NCBI GenBank assembly: GCA_963815195.1
Contig: CAWFGE010000022.1
Span: 339,431-403,430 of the forward strand
Reading direction: 5' to 3'
Length of the DNA: 64,000 nucleotides
Source: an uncultured Planctomycetaceae bacterium
Lineage (GTDB): Bacteria > Planctomycetota > Planctomycetia > Planctomycetales > Planctomycetaceae
The notes below the pieces were generated by a model. That model did not search any database. It was not told where the DNA came from and saw only the letters and a list, made by a program, of their open reading frames with translations. A program made the translations under genes and the position numbers. This document shows, one piece after another, positions 32,372-41,881 of the stretch (position 1 is the first letter of the stretch; the number at the start of each line of letters is the position of its first letter).

Positions 32372-33718
32372 TCAATTCTCCGCCGGTTCGGTTTCGACGT
32401 AGCCTTTGTCGGTCTTGCTGGCGATTTGCTTTTCGGCGAAGGTTTCGGCCGCCCCGGCGTCTGGGAAGGACTTCACCGTTTCCCGGCCGTCGGAACCGAT
32501 TCGCCCATACCGCGTCGTGACATCGGTGCCCTCGATCCGGATTTCCCAGAACTTCGAGGATTTGCCTTCCACAAGCTCGAAGTATCGCGGAGCGGTCTCT
32601 GAGGTTTCGGCCTTCTTCGGCGCGGATTTTTTGGCGGTGGTCTTTTTCGTTTTCTTGGCCATTTTGCTGGACTCCGATTGAGAGCTTGATGCAGGTTGGA
32701 CGGCGGCCAAGGGGGCCGCGTCATTTCGCTGCCGGACGAAAGACGGAAACCGCGGCACGCCGCCGTCGGACAGTTCCTGATAACGAAACGTGATCGTGCT
32801 GCCCACGGCCGGCGGGGATTCCCGCTGCTTGTCCGTGAATCCCGTGCCGACGGAAAACTCGGTCCCGTCGGCCAGCCGGACGACGACGGCGCCCATGCGG
32901 CCTTTGTGCCGGCCTTTGCCTTTGACGTAATCCACAACGACCGCGTCCTCGTCGTGGAAGGTTTTGACTTTGAGGAGCGTCGTCGAGCGGCCGGCTTCGT
33001 ACCGGGAACCCGGCTCGCGGAGCATCAAACCCTCGCCGCCCAAGGCTTCGATCCGCGCGAGTTCCTCGCCAAGGTGCTTCAAACTTTTGCACCGCTGGTG
33101 CTCCAGGGAGGACACGAATTCGGAGCCCAGTTCCTTCACGCAATCGGCCACGTACTCCAGCCGGGCTTCGAAGGCGTCCTCCAACGCGGGGGCATCGAAG
33201 ATCACGTATTGGATTTGCTTCCAATGATCGCTTTTGTCCTGCCGGCGGACGATGCTCACCGTCCGCTGGAAGGCCTTGCGGTCCAACCAGAGTTCGCCAT
33301 CCAAAGGCGTTTGGGGCAGGCCGAGGGTAAACCAATCGGGCGCGTGGAACCTGTTGCCCTGCCGGGACTGAAACTTCTCGCCGTCCCAATAAGCCCGCAC
33401 CCCGTCGAGTTTTTCGCTCATCCACCAATCGGTGAGGTCCACATCGTTTTCCCAGCGGTGGGCCAGGAGCAAGGGCGGACCTTCGGACTTTTCCTTGCCG
33501 GCTTTCTTGGCGGGGAGGGCCGAGCCGACGCGTTCCTCTTCCGCGTCGTCGCCGCGGAGTTTGCGGATATGCTTGCAGGTCCGCTGTTCGATGGCCAGCG
33601 ACTGGTTCCGCCACGCCGGACACGTGCAGGAATACACGCCGCCCGTGTTCTTGATCACATAAGGCTTCTTTCCGGAGCCTTGCATCTCGACCGATTCGCC
33701 ATCTTCCAAATCCGGCAT
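32372..33718 (-). CDS. ATP-dependent DNA ligase with N-terminal SWIM zinc finger and C-terminal WGR domain
   Basis: CTC...CKH; SEKLDGVRAYW (KxDG), LDGELW, EGLMLR, LLKVK, PRFP OB fold; YFELVEGKSSKFWEI...YGRIG. Confidence 0.9.
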   Translation of the reverse strand: MPDLEDGESVEMQGSGKKPYVIKNTGGVYSCTCPAWRNQSLAIEQRTCKHIRKLRGDDAEEERVGSALPAKKAGKEKSEGPPLLLAHRWENDVDLTDWWMSEKLDGVRAYWDGEKFQSRQGNRFHAPDWFTLGLPQTPLDGELWLDRKAFQRTVSIVRRQDKSDHWKQIQYVIFDAPALEDAFEARLEYVADCVKELGSEFVSSLEHQRCKSLKHLGEELARIEALGGEGLMLREPGSRYEAGRSTTLLKVKTFHDEDAVVVDYVKGKGRHKGRMGAVVVRLADGTEFSVGTGFTDKQRESPPAVGSTITFRYQELSDGGVPRFPSFVRQRNDAAPLAAVQPASSSQSESSKMAKKTKKTTAKKSAPKKAETSETAPRYFELVEGKSSKFWEIRIEGTDVTTRYGRIGSDGRETVKSFPDAGAAETFAEKQIASKTDKGYVETEPAEN

Positions 33719-33842
33719 CTCAGATCTCCTCGCGCACATCAAAACGTCAACGACCGCACCAAAACCAATTCAAACTATAAACCCCGCCCGCGCGCACTTC
33801 GAGTATTTTTTTCGCCAAACGCCAAAGTTTTCCGCGGCCCAT

Positions 33843-33902
33843 CCATGACAGAATCGTCGTTCACGGAATCATGATTTTGTGAACCATGATTCTGTCATGA
33901 AT
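33843..33902. repeat. catgacagaatc / gattctgtcatg palindromic short-unit repeat; related unit at 22493-22530
   Basis: Repeated acagaatc units in inverted arrangement. Confidence 0.55.
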
Positions 33903-33986
33903 CAATGCGGTCGGGATCGTTGGCAAATCGGCTCAGTCAAAACGGGCCAAGCGGACAATGCAGCCTGCGACTCGACCGGCCCGACC

Positions 33987-34022
33987 GCGAAACTGCGAAA
34001 CTGCGAAACTGCGAAACTGCGA
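33987..34022 (+). repeat. Tandem 8-bp repeat (GCGAAACT) x4.5
   Basis: Perfect units read directly from the sequence. Confidence 0.9.
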
Positions 34023-34218
34023 TTGACGGAATGTTCGGAACGCAATATACATCCCGCGCCAAATCGGGAGGTTGGAAAAATCTTGAACAACAAAGCCGAT
34101 TACAGCTTGATTCTTGAGAATAAATTGGTTCTATTTTTGACAGCTTTGCTCTTCGAGGATGCCGGGAGCGAAGCAGCATCCCATCTCGGCGTCCCAGCAA
34201 ACATGTGAAGGAGTCTGA

Positions 34219-34455
34219 ATGATGGCGACGAAGTCCACCCCCTCGACCCCGGCCAAGAAGACGGCCTCGAAAAAGGCCACGGCCAAAAAGTCCCCGAAGA
34301 AAGCCGCCGGCAAAAAGTCGGCCGCCAAAAAGTCCCCGAAGAAAGCCGCCGGCAAAAAGTCGGCCGCCAAAAAGTCCCCGAAGAAAGCCGCCGGCAAAAA
34401 GGCGGCCAAGAAAACCGCTGCCAAGAAATCATCCAAGAAAGCCGCCGGCAAATAG
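34219..34455 (+). CDS. Histone H1-like Lys/Ala-rich protein
   Basis: RBS aaggag; KKSPKKAAGKKSAA units encoded by 42-bp tandem repeats. Confidence 0.8.
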   Translation: MMATKSTPSTPAKKTASKKATAKKSPKKAAGKKSAAKKSPKKAAGKKSAAKKSPKKAAGKKAAKKTAAKKSSKKAAGK

Positions 34456-34566
34456 ACCAGCCGAGCACTTTCATCGCCAGTTGAGCAAAACGAACCGGGC
34501 CGAGCAGACGAGACTGCTCGGCCCCTTCGCATTGGCGGGAACAGAAGAGAGAGGGCGGAAGACGTG

Positions 34567-35061
34567 CTATCGCACGAACTGCTCAACGAAATCCGCGCCC
34601 AGGCCGACCTCGGCAAAGTGCCGGCGGCACATTTCGATTTTGACGTGCACATCGTCGAAGCCGCGGGTGTTCCCGTCTTCATCCAAATAGATGAGCGCCC
34701 CAGAGACGTGGAACAGCGTAACCATTTCCTCCACACCCTCATCGACAACGAGCGTGTGCACATCGCCGGGCGGCTCGAACACGTACATTCCCTCGCGGGC
34801 GATCCAGTCGTGCTCCAGATACCGCCAGGAGCCTTTAATGACATAGCCGTGCACCGGGGCGGGATGCCGATGCCGGCTCAAAACTCCCGACCGCCGCACC
34901 CGCAGCAAATTCACCCACTCGCCGTTGACGCGGTTGAGCAACAGCGGCCGAAACCAGACATTCTCCGCCTGGGGCACCCACAGCCGTTCATCGTCCGGCA
35001 GCGCCCGCACGGCCAAGTCGCCCACGGCATAGGGCAGGTGCGTTTCGGTCGCTTTCGTCAT
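34567..35061 (-). CDS. Cupin protein, 2,4'-dihydroxyacetophenone dioxygenase / ChrR-like family
   Basis: HRH...GSWRYLEHDW...FEPPGDVHTL. Confidence 0.85.
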   Translation of the reverse strand: MTKATETHLPYAVGDLAVRALPDDERLWVPQAENVWFRPLLLNRVNGEWVNLLRVRRSGVLSRHRHPAPVHGYVIKGSWRYLEHDWIAREGMYVFEPPGDVHTLVVDEGVEEMVTLFHVSGALIYLDEDGNTRGFDDVHVKIEMCRRHFAEVGLGADFVEQFVR

Positions 35062-35109
35062 CGGATGCCGTCTTCCTTTCCAAGAGCCAATAGCCGCCGA
35101 GGTTTTCAG

Positions 35110-35182
35110 TGACCCGTATGGGAATTGAACCCATCTTTCCAGCGTGAGAGGCTGGTGTCCTGAACCGATAGACGAACGGGCC
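35110..35182 (-). tRNA. tRNA-Glu (anticodon CTC), CCA not encoded
   Basis: Minus strand reads GGCCCGT...CCAGC-CT-CTC-AC-GCTGG...GGTTCAATTCC...ACGGGTCA cloverleaf. Confidence 0.93.
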
Positions 35183-35705
35183 TTTGGAAGTGGGCGAGGA
35201 CCCGGCGGAACTGATTTCATTTTAGACAATGGGAAGCAAGAATCCTTCGCGGATTCGGTCGGAAGTTGTAAAAAATCTCCAAAAACGGTGTTCGACCGGC
35301 CAATTTTCGTTCTGCGCAAACCGGCCCTGGCAAGCCCGAGGGAGGCAAAATGAACGGCACTTTTGTTTCCGGCCGAACGCACTGGGGAAGAGATTCCCGT
35401 TTTGCCAATTACTCCTGATGGGGCAATGCACACCGGGATTGCCGGAGCGGTCACGAGGTGGTACAGGTCAAATGAGAGCCGGTTCCCAACTTGTCACAGT
35501 GACTGATCTGCACGGCTGTTTTGGTCATTTCAAGCACAACTACCGGTTCGGTGATGGCGCAATTTCCCGGTCCCCCCAGGCCCCCCGCGCGCCGCGTCCG
35601 ACGTTGAGCCCGTATCGGAACCTGCTCCAACCCCCACAACACGCCGGCGTTCAATTACTTCAACGATGTGACGGAACCCGCGCGAGCCGCGGGTTGACTC
35701 CAAAC

Positions 35706-35732
35706 GCCGGTGCCCGAGGGCCCGGCTTTTTT
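35706..35732 (+). terminator. Intrinsic terminator inside the leader of the DUF1592 operon
   Basis: gccggtgcc-cgag-ggcccggc followed by T6. Confidence 0.6.
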
Positions 35733-35870
35733 CATGCGCTTCCCCTGCGCGGCAAGCCCGAACCGCGGCGGCGGTTGGATCTCGCGAGCGATCCCCGTAT
35801 ATCATGGGGAAGCAAAACGTCGATCGGCGAATATTTTCGATTGGAACCCAGGGAGCATCCCACCTCGCTT

Positions 35871-38800
35871 ATGAAAACCTTGGCCTCCTCAAACATCTGT
35901 TGCGTCTGGATTCTTGGGTTATTGATCGGGGCCCAAGGGACGGCTCAGGCCCAGGGCGATGCCGCGCGGGACCTGGAATACCGCTCCGCCGTTCGGCCGC
36001 TCGTCAAGAAATACTGCCAGGACTGCCACGCCGGGAAATCCGCGGAGGCCGAGGTCGATCTGTCGGCTTTCGAGAACTCGGCGGACGTGCGCAAGCAGGT
36101 CAAAACTTGGATCAAGGTCCGCCGCATGCTCGACAGCCGGCAAATGCCGCCCAAGGATGCTCCCGAGCCGAGTGAAACCGAAGCGTCGCAAATGCGGAAA
36201 TGGGTTCGCGGTTTTCTTGCGGAGGAAGCCAAGACCAGGGCCGGCGATCCGGGACCGATTCGGCTCCGCCGGCTGAGCAACGCCGAGTACACGTACTCAA
36301 TCCGCGATTTGACGGGCGTGGAATCGCTCGATCCCACCCGGGAGTTTCCTGTGGACGGGGCGGCGGGAGAGGGCTTTACCAACACCGGCAGCGGTCAGGG
36401 CATGTCGCCGGCCCTCCTGCAGAAATATCTCGATGCCGGCAAAGCGATTTCCCAGCACGTCGTGTTCCTGCCGGACGGGATTCGCTTCTCGCCCCACACG
36501 ACCCGGCGGGATCAGACGGATGAATTGCTGGCCCGCATCCAGGCGTTTTATCGGCGGTTCACCGAAGATGGGGCCGGCCAGGCGGTCGACTTGCAGGGTA
36601 TCAAGTTCAACACAAACCAGGGCGGGCGGTTGCCTTTGAAAAAATATCTCGCGGCAACGCTCGCCGAGCGCGAGCGACTCAGCCGGGGTCCGTCGGCAAT
36701 TGGGGAAGTCGCCCGCGAACGGTCCTTGAATGCGAAGTATCTCGCCACGCTGTGGAATGTCCTCGCCGACGAATCGGCCGGTTTGTCATCGTTCTATCTC
36801 CAATCGCTCCGGTCCCAATGGAAAAACGCCAAGCCGGAGGACTCGGCACACCTCGCGGACGAAGTCGCTACGGTTCAGAAGCAGCTTTGGAAGTTCAATT
36901 CCATCGGTCACATCGGCCGCGTGGGCGGACCCAAATCCTGGATGGAGCCTGTTTCACCCGCCGCCGCGAAAGGCGAATTGCGAGTGCCGCTCAAAACGCC
37001 GCAGGCAAGCTCGGACGTGACGATTTATGTTTTTGTCGGCGACTTGGGCGACGGCAATGCGGGCGATGATGTGGTTCTCGAGCGGCCGCGCATCGAGTTT
37101 CCCGCCGGCCCATCGGGGAAAAAGCATCCGCCGATTTGGCTCCGCGACGCCCGGCGGTTGATTTCTCAAGCGACGCTGCTTCAAGCCGAGGAGTTGCCGC
37201 GGACGGGGCAATATCTCGCCGCCGCTCTGGAGCTTCGCGATCCCGCGAAATCGGTCGAAACAGTTGCGAAACAGAAAAAGCTCAACGCAGACCTGCTCGG
37301 CAACTGGGCGAAGTGGGCGGGCATTCGCGGGCAACTTCCGCCAGAGATCGCCGGACTCTTCGACAAAAAACTGACGAAGGTCCAAGGCTACGAAGCCGTC
37401 AATGGCTGGGGGGGCAACGAGGGCACGAGTCTCTTAACCAACCGCTCGGACCAGCCGATTTCGTTTCTCACGCTGACGGTGCCCCCGCGAGGCGTCACCG
37501 TTCACCCGTGGCCCAAACAGGAAGCCGCCGTCGTCTGGCGAAGCCCGGTGAAGACCGCCGTGCAACTGGAAGGCTTCGTGGCGGACACGGACAACAAGTG
37601 CGGCAACGGAGCCGCGTGGCGATTGGAGCTTTTTACGAAAGCGGGACAAAGTGTGTTGGCGAGCGGCAGCATCGACAACGGCGGTCGCGGCGAGTTCCGC
37701 CCGAAAAGCCCGCTTGAAGTTGAACCCGGCGACGCGGTGTTCCTGGTGGTGAATGCCCGCGATGGGAACCACGTCTGCGACACGACGCACGTCTCGCTGA
37801 CCATCCGCGAAACCGCGGGTGCGAAACGCGTCTGGGATCTTGCGAAGGACATCGTGGACAAGGTGCAGGCGGGCAATCCGCTGCCGGATTCCCTCGGGCA
37901 CAAAGACGTCTGGCATTTCGTAAACCCGGCGAAGCGGGACGACCAAGGCCCCGCCGTCCCCGCGGACTCGGCCCTGGCAAGCTGGCGGGCGGCCGTGATT
38001 CAAGGTGCGTCCGAGGAGGTGCAAAGCCGGCACGCCGACCGCGTGCAATCCGTGATCCTCACCGACGACGAAAAGTCATTGAGCCAACCAGATCGGCAAC
38101 TGAAGCAGCAGGCTCTCGATTGGAAAGGCCCGTTGGATTGGCTGCGAATTGAATCCGAAAGCGCAACCGCGAGTTTGGATTACGCGCTGGAACCGGGCCG
38201 ATTCGGGAAGCGTGCCGACGGCTCTTCGCTTCCCGAAACGGACTTCTCGATCAAAGCCCCCAACATGCTGGCCATCCGCTTGCCGATGGCTTTGGCGGAG
38301 GGCGGGGAGTTTGTCGCCTCGGCGCGGCTGGATGAAAAGGCCGCCCAATCGGGCAGCGTGCAAATCCAGGCCCAGCTGGAAAAACCCGCCGGCACCCGTC
38401 TGCCGCTTGCGGCGCCGATTCTTATCGGCATGAGTCCTGAAGTGCGCCACGCGTGGAACGGGTGAGGCAGGAATTCCGCGAGCTGTTTCCCCCGGCCTTG
38501 TGCTATGCGCGGATCGTGCCCGTGGACGAGGTCGTCACGCTGACATTGTTTTACCGCGAAGACGATCTTTTGAAGCGGTTGATGCTCACCGGCGATGAAG
38601 CCGCGGAACTGGATCGGCTCTGGGAGGAATTGTTCTATGTCAGCCGGGAGCCGTTGAAGCTTGTCGTGGCGTTCGAGCAGATTTCGGAATTTGCCACGCA
38701 GGATCGCCCCGATCTTGTCAAAGACTTCGCCCCGATGAAACAGCCGATCGAGGCGCGGGCCGAGCGATTTCGGCGCCGGCTGGCCGACTCGGAGCCCGCG

Positions 38801-40030
38801 CATGTCGCGGGCGTCCTGGACCTCGCGGACCGGGCCTGGAGGCGGCCGCTGGAAGAATCCGAAAAGCAACGCCTGCGGGATTTTTATCACTCCCTGAGAG
38901 AAAACGAGATGGCCCACGAGCCTGCGATTCGGCTGATGCTCGCCCGCGTGCTCACATCGCCGGGCTTCCTCTACAAGTTGGAGCAGCCGCCCGCGGGCGA
39001 ACACGCCGCTCCGGTTTCCGATGCCGAGCTGGCGACGCGGTTGAGTTATTTCCTCTGGTCGTCGCTTCCCGATCAAAGGCTTCGCAAGCTGGCTGAAGAA
39101 GGCCGGTTGAAAGACCACCGGGTTCTCCGCGGCGAGGCCAGGCGGATGTTAAAGGACTCGCGGACCCGGCGGTTGGCGGTCGAGTTCGCCTGCCAATGGC
39201 TGCATGTGCGCGACTTCGACAAGACCGCGGAAAAAAACGAAGCGCTGTATCCCGAGTTTGCATCCATTCGAGGAGCGATGTACGAAGAGTCGATCCGCTT
39301 CTTCGAGGAGATGTTTCGCGGCAACGGTCCGATCTTGGGCCTCTTGGATGCGGATTTTACGTTTCTCAACGAGCGGCTGGCCGAGCATTACGGCATCCCC
39401 AATGTCCAGGGCGGCGAATGGCGGCGAGTCAGCGGCATGCAGTCCAAAGGGCGGGGCGGGGTGTTGGGCATGGCGAGCGTTTTGGCCAGCCAATCCGGAG
39501 CCTCGCGGACCAGCCCCATCTTGCGGGGCAACTGGATTTACGAAACCCTGCTCGGCGAGCGGCTGCCCCGGCCGCCCGCCAATGTGCCCATTCTGCCCGA
39601 AAAAGTCCCGGCGGGTTTGACGGCCCGGCAGTTGATCGAGCATCATAGCTCCCAGCCGGCGTGCGCGAAATGTCATTCTCGAATCGATCCTTATGGATTT
39701 GCCTTGGAGCAATTCGACGCCGTCGGCCGGGCCCGCCCGAGCAAAGTCGAGACAAAAACCACGCTGCCCAGCGGAAAGACCATCGCAGGCCTGGACGGGC
39801 TCAGGCGATACTTGGCGGTCGATCGCCGGGACGACGTGGTGCGGCAGTTCTGCCGAAAGCTCCTGGGCTTTGCGTTGGGCCGGGAACTCCAGCTTTCAGA
39901 CGAACCGCTGTTGGAGGAGATGAAGGCCCGGCTCGAAGCCGACGACTATCGATTTCACACGGCCATCGAAGCCATCATTACCAGCCCCCAATTCCTTGAA
40001 ATCCGCGGCCGCGACATGCCGATGGATTGA
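35871..40030 (+). CDS. DUF1587/1595/1592/1588/1585 planctomycete cytochrome-c protein with a large internal insert (frameshift near 38452)
   Basis: CQDCH, LRRLSNAEY, LSYFLWSSLPD, TSPILRGNW, CAKCH, IDPYGFALEQFD. Confidence 0.9.
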
Positions 40031-40056
40031 TGGAATTCAACACGTTGGGAGAAATC

Positions 40057-41349
40057 ATGGACAACAAACTCGCGCGGCGGACCTTTCTTCACGGATTGGG
40101 CGTCAGCATGGCTTTGCCTTGGATGGAATCGCTGTCCCTCGCGGGCGAGAAAGCAAAAACGCCTCCCGCGGCTCCCGTGCGGATGGCGATTCTGTTCGCC
40201 GGCTGCGGGTTTCACAAACACGAATGGTGGGCCAAAGGCAGCGGACCGAACATGGAGCTGGGAAAAGTCCTCCATCCATTAAAGGACTTTCGCGATCGGA
40301 TGGTCTTCATCCGCGGGCTCTATAACGCCGAAGCCCTCAAGGGAAACATCCACAGCTCCCAGACGGGCAATCTGCTCTCCGGGGCGCCGCTCTCCGCGGG
40401 CGGCACGATTCAGAGCGGCACCAGCGTCGACCAGGTCGTGGCCCGGCGAATCGGCCGCCGCACAAAACTGCCCAGCCTGATTCTGGGCTGCGAGAAGGCG
40501 AATCCCTCCGTCCACAAAAACTACTCCATGCTCTACAGCTCCCACATTTCCTGGAGCAGCCCCACGTCGCCTGCACCTCTCGAAGTCTACCCGGCGTTGG
40601 CGTTCGATCAGTTGTTCAAGGATGCGGGCGAGCGCGGCGACAAAAGTGTGCTCGATGCGATCCTCGCCGACGCCAAGGATGTCCGCCGGCAGGTCAACAG
40701 CAGCGACCGCCGCACGCTCGATGAATATCTCAATTCGGTCCGCGAAGTCGAACAGCGGATCGAGCAGGCGGGCCGGCGGGGAGAGATCCAAGGCTGGCGG
40801 CCGACTTTGGAAAAACCGAACATGCCGCGCCCCAAGGACGGCTATCCGCAGGACATCGTCGAGCACATGCGGCTGATGTCCGACATCCTCGTGCTCGCGT
40901 TTCAGACGGACACGACCCGCATCTGCACGCTGAAGCTCAACAACGATCACGGCACGCTCCGCTTCCCGCATCTGGGCGTGGACTACATGATCCACCATCT
41001 CTTGTCGCACAGCGACACCGACGATTGGCTCAAGGTCAACCAGTTCTTCCTGGAGCAAATGGCCTACATCGCCCGCCGCCTCGATCGGATCCAAGAAGGC
41101 GAGCGATCGGCATTGGACAACTCGATGATCCTGCTGTGCTCCAGCATGCTCAACGGCCACCACGATGCCACGCAACTGCCCGTGGTAATGCTCGGAAGTG
41201 CCGGCGGCCAAATCCAAGGCGGCCAGAACCTGGATTATCTGGGCCAATCCGACCGCCAAATGTGCCGGCTGTATCTCAGCCTGATGCATAAGATGGGCGT
41301 CCGCCTCGACAAATTCGGCGACGCCACGAAACCGTTAAGCGAGATTTAA
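40057..41349 (+). CDS. DUF1552 family protein
   Basis: RRTFLHGLGVSMALPWMESL Tat-like start, SVDQ, LAFQTDTTR, HHLLSH; usual partner of DUF1592 proteins. Confidence 0.9.
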   Translation: MDNKLARRTFLHGLGVSMALPWMESLSLAGEKAKTPPAAPVRMAILFAGCGFHKHEWWAKGSGPNMELGKVLHPLKDFRDRMVFIRGLYNAEALKGNIHSSQTGNLLSGAPLSAGGTIQSGTSVDQVVARRIGRRTKLPSLILGCEKANPSVHKNYSMLYSSHISWSSPTSPAPLEVYPALAFDQLFKDAGERGDKSVLDAILADAKDVRRQVNSSDRRTLDEYLNSVREVEQRIEQAGRRGEIQGWRPTLEKPNMPRPKDGYPQDIVEHMRLMSDILVLAFQTDTTRICTLKLNNDHGTLRFPHLGVDYMIHHLLSHSDTDDWLKVNQFFLEQMAYIARRLDRIQEGERSALDNSMILLCSSMLNGHHDATQLPVVMLGSAGGQIQGGQNLDYLGQSDRQMCRLYLSLMHKMGVRLDKFGDATKPLSEI

Positions 41350-41487
41350 ATTGTGAGCGGCAAGTCGCTAGCCGCCGGTTTCCTGTGCGAACCGGCGGCG
41401 AGCGCTCTGTCAGTGCAAAAACTTTGGGCTGAAAAAAATCAGCCTAGGCCCCGGTGTTCGTGGGCGAAGCGGAGCTAGCGCGAAGCC

Positions 41488-41640
41488 TGAGGTGGACCAA
41501 ATTCTTTGGACAGCAAACGGGGTTGTTTAGTGGTGTGAGTCAGCGGCAGACGAGGCCCCTCATAGGCCTCGTCGTCTGCCGCCGATGACAAGGGGCCCGG
41601 GACGAGACCTCACCAGTTCCCTCCCCGCCCGCAAGCGGAT
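41488..41640 (-). mobile_element. Probable orphan right end of an IS3-family element
   Basis: Minus strand ends ...ctgtccaaagaatttggtccacctca, resembling IS3-type termini from memory; no transposase ORF. Confidence 0.45.
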
Positions 41641-41670
41641 TTGCTCTTAGAGTACAAGCGAGCATACTTG

Positions 41671-41809
41671 AATTTAGGAGTTCCATGAGTCGCGGAATAG
41701 GAATTGGTTCCCCAAGAGCCGCGCACGGAGTAAGCGGTTTTTCTAGTTTACAGATCGCAATACCGCTTACTTCGTGCGCGGCTCTGGCGATTTTCGGAAC
41801 GACTGAATT
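41671..41809 (+). mobile_element. MITE-like element, copy 3 (left end diverged)
   Basis: Aligns end to end with 11543-11683. Confidence 0.7.
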
Positions 41810-41881
41810 CGAAGAAAACGCCCGAAGCGCTCACTCGGCACTTCGGGCGGGTCTACAATCGACGATCTGACGAAGGACGTC

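Noticed and set aside
33987..34455. Tandem repeats as a CRISPR array
   Set aside because: There are no unique spacers and no cas genes; the 42-bp repeats are coding.
35110..35182. tRNA-Glu as an island integration site
   Set aside because: I saw no integrase and no duplicate of the tRNA 3' end in the window.
35229..35870. N-terminal extensions in the ORF track (also 6182, 8199, 14576, 26431, 27114, 61445)
   Set aside because: Recognisable domains and RBSs begin at downstream starts; the extensions cross non-coding DNA or other genes.
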